From Bugula neritina (taxonomy: Eukaryota > Animalia > Bryozoa): a DNA stretch of 64,000 bases. Numbering within the stretch: position 1 is the stretch's first letter; each line of letters starts with the position of its first letter. Both the position numbers and the translations under genes were made by a program. Positions 37,801-44,559 of this stretch are shown one piece after another. The notes under the pieces are model-generated. The model did not search any database and was not told the origin of the DNA. It saw only the letters and a list, made by a program, of their open reading frames with translations. Location of the stretch: contig OZ037765.1 in NCBI GenBank assembly GCA_964035545.1, forward strand, positions 1,674,001 to 1,738,000, written 5' to 3'.

Positions 37801-38099
37801 TCTGATTCATACAGCCCTATGCTAGATAGAGCAAAATAAACTTTATAATAATACTAAAAAGTGTTGGCAGAAAACTCGTGATCTGTAGTATTGAGTTCAT
37901 AAATGTAGACTATGTTATATCATTATTGTGTTACCACTGTTGATAGGCTAAGCTGTTTCCATGTTTCTCATTGGCTGTTCTGTTGTCATGGTAACCAAAT
38001 ATTTTGTAGATGACTGAGCAAAGGAAACAGAGGCAGAGAATGGGACTTCTGACTACTTCTGCGTCCATGTATCCAAACGGCTGGCATTCTGTGGCCTAA
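1668..38099 (+). CDS. ITPR: Inositol 1,4,5-trisphosphate receptor, spliced gene of 49 exons, 5'-partial
   Basis: 49 GT-AG exons with consistent phases join to 7707 nt (2568 aa + TAA). Recognisable IP3R motifs: [39 protein letters not shown] (IP3 ligands), LLCENHN and LTEYCQGPC (Ca2+ site), GGLGLLG, six TM helices, GGGIGD filter, CFIC..H..H zinc finger, RMRAMS. About 120 N-terminal codons lie before the window. Confidence 0.98.
2245..2400 (+). CDS. ITPR: ITPR exon 2
   Basis: [29 protein letters not shown] flanks. Confidence 0.95.
3787..3960 (+). CDS. ITPR: ITPR exon 3 (IP3-binding core, MIR)
   Basis: [34 protein letters not shown]. Confidence 0.95.
4022..4220. repeat. 22-nt minisatellite (tattgtatattgtattacagta)n
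   Basis: About 8 near-identical units visible. Confidence 0.9.
4719..4895 (+). CDS. ITPR: ITPR exon 4
   Basis: [27 protein letters not shown]. Confidence 0.93.
5105..5284 (+). CDS. ITPR: ITPR exon 5
   Basis: [31 protein letters not shown]. Confidence 0.95.
5814..5974 (+). CDS. ITPR: ITPR exon 6
   Basis: [27 protein letters not shown]. Confidence 0.95.
8175..8312. repeat. 17-18-nt minisatellite (catatattactcatagt)n just upstream of an acceptor
   Basis: Visible tandem units. Confidence 0.85.
8335..8488 (+). CDS. ITPR: ITPR exon 7
   Basis: [21 protein letters not shown]. Confidence 0.95.
8945..9082 (+). CDS. ITPR: ITPR exon 8
   Basis: [19 protein letters not shown]. Confidence 0.95.
10153..10346 (+). 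CDS. ITPR: ITPR exon 9
   Basis: [25 protein letters not shown]. Confidence 0.95.
10737..10856 (+). CDS. ITPR: ITPR exon 10
   Basis: [18 protein letters not shown]. Confidence 0.95.
10845..11591. repeat. ~36-40-nt minisatellite derived from the 3' end of exon 10
   Basis: About 20 copies of catagtaacc(ctct)n-tccttctgtctgtttc; the first copy is the exon end. Confidence 0.92.
11770..11975. repeat. Degenerate (gcagtaat)n repeat
   Basis: Visible 8-mer periodicity. Confidence 0.7.
11994..12197 (+). CDS. ITPR: ITPR exon 11
   Basis: [20 protein letters not shown]. Confidence 0.92.
12187..12297 (+). repeat. 22-nt x5 duplication of the exon 11 donor junction
   Basis: gattactacag|gttagtttata; donors after 12197, 12219, 12241, 12263, 12285. 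Confidence 0.93.
12348..12494 (+). CDS. ITPR: ITPR exon 12
   Basis: [26 protein letters not shown]. Confidence 0.95.
12953..13057 (+). CDS. ITPR: ITPR exon 13
   Basis: [22 protein letters not shown]. Confidence 0.95.
13521..13638. repeat. (TCAC)n microsatellite
   Basis: Direct. Confidence 0.95.
14118..14418. repeat. Degenerate ~10-nt TGACAC-core repeat
   Basis: gacacttgctgacacatg-like units. Confidence 0.8.
14437..14587 (+). CDS. ITPR: ITPR exon 14
   Basis: [23 protein letters not shown]. Confidence 0.93.
14968..15124 (+). CDS. ITPR: ITPR exon 15
   Basis: [28 protein letters not shown]. Confidence 0.93.
16142..16316. repeat. Degenerate GTGTCACA-core repeat
   Basis: gtgtcacaatgtcatgctgg-like units. 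Confidence 0.75.
16368..16543 (+). CDS. ITPR: ITPR exon 16
   Basis: [23 protein letters not shown]. Confidence 0.93.
17163..17259 (+). CDS. ITPR: ITPR exon 17
   Basis: [22 protein letters not shown]. Confidence 0.93.
18622..18673 (+). CDS. ITPR: ITPR exon 18
   Basis: [16 protein letters not shown]; phases 1 and 2 match the neighbouring exons. Confidence 0.9.
18987..19152 (+). CDS. ITPR: ITPR exon 19
   Basis: [27 protein letters not shown]. Confidence 0.94.
19392..19538 (+). CDS. ITPR: ITPR exon 20
   Basis: [23 protein letters not shown]. Confidence 0.94.
19760..19946. mobile_element. Possible decayed MITE or fold-back element
   Basis: Imperfect ~45-bp inverted repeats (gccacctagcactaggttttatcattaaaagctgaagactcgctg vs cagcaaatctcaagccttttaatgatataaactgtgctgagtggc); no clear target-site duplication. 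Confidence 0.35.
20059..20190 (+). CDS. ITPR: ITPR exon 21 (acceptor uncertain: GAG ending at 20058 or AAG ending at 20067)
   Basis: DEKKDK..IDLDIGP..NYKTIK|gtaaga. Confidence 0.82.
20985..21131 (+). CDS. ITPR: ITPR exon 22
   Basis: [27 protein letters not shown]. Confidence 0.94.
21306..21431 (+). CDS. ITPR: ITPR exon 23
   Basis: [21 protein letters not shown]; tandem TAG/AAG acceptor. Confidence 0.93.
22325..22560. repeat. Short GTGTCACT repeats and a 22-nt unit x3
   Basis: gtggttactgacacttgtgcag repeated. Confidence 0.7.
23974..24174 (+). CDS. ITPR: ITPR exon 24
   Basis: [24 protein letters not shown]. Confidence 0.94.
24555..24806 (+). CDS. ITPR: ITPR exon 25
   Basis: [21 protein letters not shown]. 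Confidence 0.94.
25055..25219 (+). CDS. ITPR: ITPR exon 26
   Basis: [24 protein letters not shown]. Confidence 0.94.
25237..25386. repeat. 17-nt minisatellite (tagtactgagtatatag)n
   Basis: About 8 near-perfect units beginning just after the exon 26 donor. Confidence 0.93.
25766..25979 (+). CDS. ITPR: ITPR exon 27
   Basis: [22 protein letters not shown]. Confidence 0.93.
26402..26577 (+). CDS. ITPR: ITPR exon 28
   Basis: [23 protein letters not shown]. Confidence 0.94.
26579..26848. repeat. (TCAC)n compound microsatellite starting at the exon 28 donor
   Basis: Direct. Confidence 0.92.
27022..27170 (+). CDS. ITPR: ITPR exon 29
   Basis: [28 protein letters not shown]. Confidence 0.95.
27492..27603 (+). 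CDS. ITPR: ITPR exon 30
   Basis: [27 protein letters not shown]. Confidence 0.95.
28061..28099 (+). CDS. ITPR: Candidate 39-nt ITPR cassette exon ([13 protein letters not shown]) at the SII-equivalent site
   Basis: gttctatcag|..GAAAGA|gtaagc; phase 0-0, no stop, GC-richer than its flanks. Confidence 0.6.
29037..29108. repeat. 19-nt x4 (gtgacatgacgtatttctt) before the exon 31 acceptor
   Basis: Direct. Confidence 0.9.
29125..29295 (+). CDS. ITPR: ITPR exon 31
   Basis: [20 protein letters not shown]. Confidence 0.93.
29714..29845 (+). CDS. ITPR: ITPR exon 32
   Basis: [24 protein letters not shown]. Confidence 0.95.
29834..30003 (+). repeat. 21-23-nt x8 duplication of the exon 32 donor junction
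   Basis: agtgtgacacag|gtgagtgac units. Confidence 0.9.
30151..30290. repeat. 14-nt minisatellite (atattataggtcac)n
   Basis: Direct. Confidence 0.88.
30320..30497 (+). CDS. ITPR: ITPR exon 33
   Basis: [19 protein letters not shown]. Confidence 0.92.
30905..30984 (+). CDS. ITPR: ITPR exon 34
   Basis: [26 protein letters not shown]; phases 1 and 0 fit. Confidence 0.85.
31107..31304 (+). CDS. ITPR: ITPR exon 35
   Basis: [24 protein letters not shown]. Confidence 0.9.
31541..31741 (+). CDS. ITPR: ITPR exon 36
   Basis: [31 protein letters not shown]. Confidence 0.96.
32014..32124 (+). CDS. ITPR: ITPR exon 37
   Basis: [22 protein letters not shown]. Confidence 0.95.
32446..32541 (+). CDS. ITPR: ITPR exon 38
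   Basis: [24 protein letters not shown]. Confidence 0.95.
32741..32959 (+). CDS. ITPR: ITPR exon 39
   Basis: [27 protein letters not shown]. Confidence 0.95.
32926..33073 (+). repeat. 52-nt x3 duplication of the exon 39 donor junction
   Basis: tatatactatgctaa..atagag|gtgag; donors after 32959, 33011, 33063. Confidence 0.92.
33365..33683 (+). CDS. ITPR: ITPR exon 40 (includes TM1)
   Basis: [41 protein letters not shown]. Confidence 0.95.
33915..34084 (+). CDS. ITPR: ITPR exon 41 (TM region)
   Basis: [23 protein letters not shown]. Confidence 0.88.
34060..34206 (+). repeat. 30-nt x5 in-frame duplication of the exon 41 donor junction
   Basis: cttatattactaggcactatgatg|gtatgt. Confidence 0.95.
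34325..34489 (+). CDS. ITPR: ITPR exon 42 (TM region)
   Basis: [21 protein letters not shown]. Confidence 0.93.
34815..35016 (+). CDS. ITPR: ITPR exon 43 (S4-S5 linker, TM5)
   Basis: [36 protein letters not shown]. Confidence 0.95.
35262..35401. repeat. Degenerate 10-nt TGACAC repeat
   Basis: Direct. Confidence 0.75.
35509..35562 (+). CDS. ITPR: ITPR exon 44 (luminal loop, symmetric 54 nt)
   Basis: taattcag|..[17 protein letters not shown]..|gtaagc; phase 1-1. Confidence 0.75.
36124..36266 (+). CDS. ITPR: ITPR exon 45 (pore helix, selectivity filter)
   Basis: [33 protein letters not shown]. Confidence 0.96.
36491..36656 (+). CDS. ITPR: ITPR exon 46 (TM6)
   Basis: [31 protein letters not shown]. 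Confidence 0.97.
36869..37029 (+). CDS. ITPR: ITPR exon 47
   Basis: [28 protein letters not shown]. Confidence 0.96.
37012..37243 (+). repeat. 30-31-nt x8 duplication of the exon 47 donor junction
   Basis: gtgtaccagctagtgaag|gtgagtcact. Confidence 0.95.
37506..37667 (+). CDS. ITPR: ITPR exon 48
   Basis: [25 protein letters not shown]. Confidence 0.96.
38010..38099 (+). CDS. ITPR: ITPR terminal exon 49
   Basis: [21 protein letters not shown]. Confidence 0.93.
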   Translation: MTEQRKQRQRMGLLTTSASMYPNGWHSVA

Positions 38100-38255
38100 C
38101 TGGGCGTGTCCTGTAACAGTTATGTAGACTAACTGGGCGTGTCCTCTGTTAGTTCTTTAGGCTAACTGGACGTGTCCTCTACTAGTTCTGTAGGCTAACT
38201 GGGCGTGTCCTCTACTAGTTCTGTAGGCTAACTGGGCGTGTCCTCCACTAGTTCT
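38096..38255 (+). repeat. 33-nt x5 repeat beginning at the ITPR stop codon
   Basis: ctaactgggcgtgtcctctactagttctgtagg; TAA at 38097, 38130, 38163, 38196, 38229. Confidence 0.93.
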
Positions 38256-39205
38256 GCTGCATGGAAAGCTACTGGAGAACTAGACACCTACATATACTAT
38301 TGTTTGTTCTATAAAGTGCAAGTTCTGGCATTGCGTGGGGATACCACTGAACACTCTATTGGCACCATTTATTTATAGATTATGGTCAACGCTGCCCTCT
38401 GCCTTACTTGCCTTTGATTCTTCACTTTTTATACCAAACATTCTATACTCTACTTTATGAAATGTTCTATTCTATACGTTTATTACTTGTTCTATGTTTA
38501 TATTATAATGCACTTGAATTGTTAGCTTTTTGTTTCTAGGTTTGTTATATTTGTGTTACTATTTATAGACAGTTACACTGTTTTACTCTTTCTATAATAT
38601 ATTACGACAGCTTAGGGCGAGTGATGCCAATCTAGTCACTAACATAAACATGTGCTTTAGAGGTGCTTGTGATTAACGCTACCATTATATAACATTGTGT
38701 TATTATGTTATTACTATGAGTATCTGCAACTATATATTAATTAGAGCAGAATTAAATAACTGTTTACTTATATATTGGCCATTAGTTTGGGTTTTAAGCT
38801 ATTACTTGATAGAAATACTACCATTGGGCATCAGTGTCATAATACAGGTATTGTTGGACATAGATCAGAGGCTATTTGTTATTTTATACTGCAGCAAACA
38901 TCTGATATTTCTACTCCTACTTCAGATTATTTTGTCAGTCAAGTAAATTATGTGCCTGATTGGTCAACTATTTTATTAGCCAGAAAACAAATTATTCAAT
39001 ATTTTATTGCAAGTAGTCACATGGAAATTGTTATTATACAAATTTCATGTAGCTGCTGATATTGAGAGTTAAACCCTTGTGAACTGATGTAAGAGTCCTA
39101 CACAGTACCACTGGTTCTATGAGCATAGCAACTTTAGATTTAAAAGTTATTGTAATAATAATTAGTAAACAGTTTTATATTATTCAGTATAATATAAAAA
39201 TTGTA

Positions 39206-41779
39206 CTACTTTACTATAGACATTCTTACTGATAACTGCATCAGTTTTGGTTTTAGTTCAGTGCTAAGATCAAGCACTTTACACAAATACTTCTGCACGT
39301 CATACCTTTGCTCTTGGTGAGCAGCTGCAACTGCTGTAAGCTTGTAAATATCCCTTGACAGTATCAACCTTCGCCGTTGATGATGACGTGTGAAATGTTC
39401 CAAGAGAAGCCATGCTATATTCGGAGTAGCAGCGTAATGCAGGGCCGTTCTTAAATTCAAATCACGAGCCAAAATCATTTCAAAATCGTCTTTGTGCTGG
39501 TTGCATAGAAATTTTATAAGCAGTGCGTGTCCAGCGATGGCTGCTGTGTGCAAAGGGGTCCTGCCTAGTCGGTCCACAAAATAGTTTCTTCTAGTTGGCA
39601 GTTTGTTAGAAAAAGAAACTAGAGGACGAATAGCATCGACTTCTCCTTCCACCATTAGTGACTCATAGAAAACTTTGACCACATCCAGGTTATTGTCTTC
39701 AGCTGCTGAGTGCAATGCTGTTTGTCCATCTAGATCTCGTATCAGCAACAGATCTTTCAGTCTACTAGGCTCCACAGAACTGCATAATGGCACGGCTGTT
39801 TGTCTGCTTAAGGCGTAGTGAAATGCTGTCTTACCAGAACTGTCTGTTTGCATCAACAGTTCAGGATACTGATCACACAAATACCTTAGCAAGTTGTTTC
39901 TACTTTCTTGTGTAGCTAAATGTAACACAGTTTGAGAATATTCATCTACAGAAAATACCAATTCTCTCGGTTCAGAAGATTTCAAGAATGCCACCATTTT
40001 CTCAGCAACGGCTCCATTCAATGCATAGTGAAATGCTGTGCAACCTATAATGTTTTTCTGCAACAAGTTACCTTCATATTTCATAATAATAGTGCTGAGA
40101 TAGTCAACCACATCAACAGCACCATAAAATGCTGCACTATGTAATGGGTTGTTATACTCGACATCAATATCAAAGAGAAAGTCTCTCTGTTTATCAGGTC
40201 TGATGGACTCTAGAAGAAGTTGCGCAATCGGTTTATGTCTTGCGTAGTGTAAAGCTGTTTGCTCATCCACATTCTTCTTTTGTAAGAGCTCATTGACATA
40301 TGGCTGACTGGTACACAGGTAGGCTACGACTCCCGTGAAACCTCTACCGACAGCAGCGTGCAACGCAGTGCACATTTCTTCACCGTCAGCACTCAAAATG
40401 AATTTTCTTTGATTCTCTTCAGCTACTGACTTGATAAGAAGTTCTGCTACCTCCCAGCTGTGAGCATAGTGTAGAGCTGTGTAGCCATGTTGATCTAGTT
40501 TCAAGAAGAACTCGCTATCTGAGGGAAACTGCCTGCAGAGGTATTCAACAATGTCAACTTTGTTTTCGTTAGCAGCAATGTGTAGAACAGTGCACGATTG
40601 ATTGTCAATAGTAAATACAACATATTCTTTTTTTCTATTCAGGTCTACAGCCTCTAGGATATGTCTAGCTATCATTTGGTTCTGTGCAAAGTGTAGCGCG
40701 GTTCTACCATTTATTTCTCTAACAGAAAGGAAATCCCAGTTTCCACAAGCGTATGTTTTGCACAGCAATTCGACTATGCCTGACTTAGCTAAATGAGCTG
40801 CAGCGTGCAATGCTGTACAACCATGGTTATCCCTCGTCATTAGATATTCAAACTGCCGGTAATCTGGAACTGATTCCAGGAGAATTAAAGCTGTTTTATA
40901 GTCAAAGGCGAGGTGAAGAGGAGTTCTTCCTCGGTTGTCTTTCTGCCACACAATATCAGAACTGATTGAAATGTTGCAGATGTAAGCAACAACATCATTT
41001 CTGCCTTCATAGCAAGCTAGATGCAATGCTGTACAGCAATATTTGTCTACAATAAATATAAATCTTGGCTCCAAGTCTAGTAAAAGCTTAGCCACTTGGC
41101 TATCCTTAGCATAGTGTAAAGCAGTTTTACCTTGATCATCAGCAAGTAACATTTCCTTCTGTGAAATCAGTCCACACAGATACGAGATTACCTCACACCG
41201 TCCATTGTGTGCTGCCGAATGTAACACAGTACGCTGCCTGTTGTTTCTCTTTAATACATATTGCCTTTTCTCAGACAAATTTTCTAAGGATTCAACTATT
41301 CTTTGTGCTATTTGCTTGTCGGGTGCATAATGAAGAGGTGTGCAACCATTTTCATCTTTAGAGTAGATTAAGCATGCAGCTGAAGTTGTATCACAGAAAT
41401 AGTCTACTACATCAAAATAGCTGCTTATAGTGGCAGTGTGAAACGCTGTCTTTCCCTCATTATCAGTAGCTAACAAAAGTAAGTCTGAGAGTGGTAGCAG
41501 TTTCACTATCTCCACGCTAGACACATAATGCAGAGCAGTTCTTCCCAAGATGTCCTTACATAAAGCTAGTGCATCAATGACATGGCGAATGCTACAGAAA
41601 TACTCCACTACTTCAATTTTGTTTTCTATCACAGCCACGTGCAGTGCTGTTTGACCGTTAGCATCTGAAGTCAGGAGATATTCGGCTCGTTTGAATGGTG
41701 GCACTGACTCAAGCAGCTGCTTTGCTGTCTGTTTGTCTTTAGCAGTATGTAAAGTATCACCATGGTTACTAACTACCAT
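39206..41779 (-). CDS. Ankyrin-repeat protein (~857 aa, ~23 repeats), single coding exon
   Basis: 2.6-kb stop-free ORF with repeated G-x-T-A/P-L-H-x-A motifs. A minus-strand acceptor (ttttattttgatag) opens the exon at 41795; first ATG at 41779. A probable upstream exon donor is at 42729. Confidence 0.92.
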   Translation of the reverse strand: MVVSNHGDTLHTAKDKQTAKQLLESVPPFKRAEYLLTSDANGQTALHVAVIENKIEVVEYFCSIRHVIDALALCKDILGRTALHYVSSVEIVKLLPLSDLLLLATDNEGKTAFHTATISSYFDVVDYFCDTTSAACLIYSKDENGCTPLHYAPDKQIAQRIVESLENLSEKRQYVLKRNNRQRTVLHSAAHNGRCEVISYLCGLISQKEMLLADDQGKTALHYAKDSQVAKLLLDLEPRFIFIVDKYCCTALHLACYEGRNDVVAYICNISISSDIVWQKDNRGRTPLHLAFDYKTALILLESVPDYRQFEYLMTRDNHGCTALHAAAHLAKSGIVELLCKTYACGNWDFLSVREINGRTALHFAQNQMIARHILEAVDLNRKKEYVVFTIDNQSCTVLHIAANENKVDIVEYLCRQFPSDSEFFLKLDQHGYTALHYAHSWEVAELLIKSVAEENQRKFILSADGEEMCTALHAAVGRGFTGVVAYLCTSQPYVNELLQKKNVDEQTALHYARHKPIAQLLLESIRPDKQRDFLFDIDVEYNNPLHSAAFYGAVDVVDYLSTIIMKYEGNLLQKNIIGCTAFHYALNGAVAEKMVAFLKSSEPRELVFSVDEYSQTVLHLATQESRNNLLRYLCDQYPELLMQTDSSGKTAFHYALSRQTAVPLCSSVEPSRLKDLLLIRDLDGQTALHSAAEDNNLDVVKVFYESLMVEGEVDAIRPLVSFSNKLPTRRNYFVDRLGRTPLHTAAIAGHALLIKFLCNQHKDDFEMILARDLNLRTALHYAATPNIAWLLLEHFTRHHQRRRLILSRDIYKLTAVAAAHQEQRYDVQKYLCKVLDLSTELKPKLMQLSVRMSIVK

Positions 41780-44559
41780 AGTTTCCTTTTGTAGCCTATC
41801 AAAATAAAACACAAATATTTCCCTTTAGAGCATAATTTGGCCAGTGTGAAGCTTACACATATATTAGTGACATTAAATTTGTATGAAACTATGAATTTGG
41901 AAAAATATAATATTTGATAAATAATTAATTAGCTTGCTTAACCAAAACATGGCACCCACTGAGTGAAATGCAGTAAATGATGTTTTTGCAAGCTGTCTGT
42001 CATGTTTTGAGAATAATATTGCCAACTTTGTTTTAATTTGATAGACATGATACGACTAACAGAGCCATCTTACAAGTTCACTAATTTACCATGATTGTGA
42101 TATAATGACATGGCATTAAATAGTAAAGTGAAATCATTGTACTTTGGAATTTGTATTTAATTGCAATCAGGCTTACTGCTTTAGTACAAGTCAGTAAAAG
42201 GAAATTTTGGCTAGCAACACTCAAACCCCTATTTCTCTCTATTAACAACGCATGCATACATATTATTCAAGAAATTTTAGTTGAATGAGTTTTTCTATTA
42301 CGAGTACCATGATGTATAAAAGCCTACTGCCGAATAACTTTCTAAAATTTGAACAGTGTCTTCCAGAAAACCTCTTTCCGGTTTAAATATCAAATTTACC
42401 AAGTATTGTCTACACTTAAAGATAAATTAACATTTGAACCATCCATTTGGCACGTGATGAAAGAAATGTAGAGCACATCACAATAATTTATATCTTCCAG
42501 AAGTTCATCAGTGTTTTCTAAGTAAACTTTTTATTAGTATTTACTGCATTTACTACATGGAGAAAGGTTGTTGAATGGCAGAAGTTCCAAAAAAGCTTTG
42601 TAGCACAGAAAGTTGACTACACCTAACCAAAACTTAGCTATATTTCAATGATTGATTGTCTATGAGATAAAGCATAATTTGCTTTCCAAAGTCAGGCGCC
42701 AAACCAAAACACAATCCTTTGCACTTACCAGATTGAAGGAAGCTGATGATGGTATTTTCTCTATCTCTGTAAGAATTGTGTATTAAGGAAGCTAAAGCAC
42801 TGTAAAGACTAGCTGTGTATCACAGAAACTGTGAACTGTATAGCAACAAGGAAACTACAGCTCTGACTTGCTTACTGTACAATATTTCACTTCCCTGTCA
42901 AATACTTCCAAATTGCGCAAGAAGCAGTCGCCCATAGAGCTCAAGTTTCTGATTGATTTACCATGCGCTCGACCTTAAATACAAAACATTGTGATTTTGC
43001 CTTGGATACTGCCCTTCAAGTTGTCATTTCCTTTCATTCTAACTCTTGCCACAATTAATCATAACCAAGACACACACTCTGTTAGGTACAATATGTAAGA
43101 TGTTAGTTTACCTTAGAATTTGTAGATTCTGGTTTAATGCTTAGGCTTAAAAAATGATTGCTTTCTTTTACGGCCAGACAACTTCCCACCCAGTCTGTTA
43201 AAACTTGGTAAACAACTATAATGTTGTACCCTGCGTTCACATGTTGCACTAAACAATATACATGCAGGCTTTGAGCTTATAATTTGTATAGCCTGCAAGT
43301 CATATCCTAGGTCATGCAGCTGCATTCTGTGCTACACTCTCTGCCCACATTCTAGTCTTGCACAAGCAGATTACAGAAGGTGCGAGCTAGATTTTTGTTC
43401 TATTAGCTGATATGAGGTTAACAAGATGTGTGTTATAACATCTTTCACATCGAGCCCTCTATTAGAAAATAGCTTTTGCTTGTGATTCAGAGTTATCTGC
43501 TCTACCCAGAGCTATTGATAGCCATAGCCTCTAGACCTTGGTAATTCAATTCATATTCACAATCACTTGCTTAAATGCAGTAAAATATATCCAGTTAGCA
43601 CTGTTCGCCATATCACCTAAAGTCCAACAGGAAATAGCTTTTGTTATGACATCCAGTAAAGAAGGTTTCGAAAATTTTTAAAGTATGAAATGTGAAATTA
43701 CAAAAGCATAAAGAAATATTGGAATGCTACAAAAATGCAGTTTTACAATGAAAGCTAGTGAAAACTAAATATGTATTTAAAATAGCTTAAAGTGATTAGA
43801 GCAAAACAACAATCCTGAGAATAGCTCAAACTTCTTTTTACTTTGGAATAAAAATTTAGCAGGCAGCTGAATATAAGAATTTTGTGAAAGTCTTATACTA
43901 GCTGTTACTCACCGTTATGTGAAAGAACCTATTTTTTGAATAAAACATTCTGGTGCCACAAAATGCTTCCTACTATTAACAAGGCTATACTGCAGGCTCG
44001 GGTATTGTGGGGGCTGTGGGAGCCAGTAGTTGTGACTTTGCACTATATATTCTTGCTTGTAAGGGAAGCCATCTCTTTTTAAGACTTGACTAGTACTAAC
44101 TAAATGTAAATTAATAGTATTGAGTATTCTTTTACTTTAGTTTAGACTGTAAAGGTAAATTCCTGTCTATTAGTTATAATTGTATCAACTATAATAATGG
44201 GGTAGTGCTAAGTCTGGTGAAAAAGCATTCTCACTTACCTTGCTTTCAACACACTATTACAAAATGAATTTAGATGGAAATCGTTTTTTGAATGCATTAT
44301 ATAGGAGAAAAATCGCTGTATGAACATGATCCTATTTATATCCGCCTTTTCTTTTTATTGTTATATGACCTGTGTAGTAGTGTGTTTTACCAAGCTTTTA
44401 GCCAATTGCATTGAATTGAGTGTTAGCTGCAGCCAATCAGTGACTTTTATTGATTTTTAGTCAATCAGGTGAGAAGTGACTGACCAATCAAAGTTAAGCA
44501 TTTCCATTACCTTTTCATAAACAATACATCATAATGTTCTGTTTATGAAGTAAATTTTC

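Noticed and set aside
38097-38132. Stop-codon readthrough extension
   Set aside because: TAA is the least leaky stop, and the downstream 10 codons are just the repeat unit.
34060-38255. 30-33-nt regular repeats as CRISPR arrays
   Set aside because: No unique spacers, no cas genes, eukaryotic intron context, and the units are copies of exon junctions.
41796-41812. ORF-track start of the ankyrin gene at 41812
   Set aside because: It is a GTG inside a splice-acceptor tract; the exon begins at 41795 and the first ATG is at 41779.
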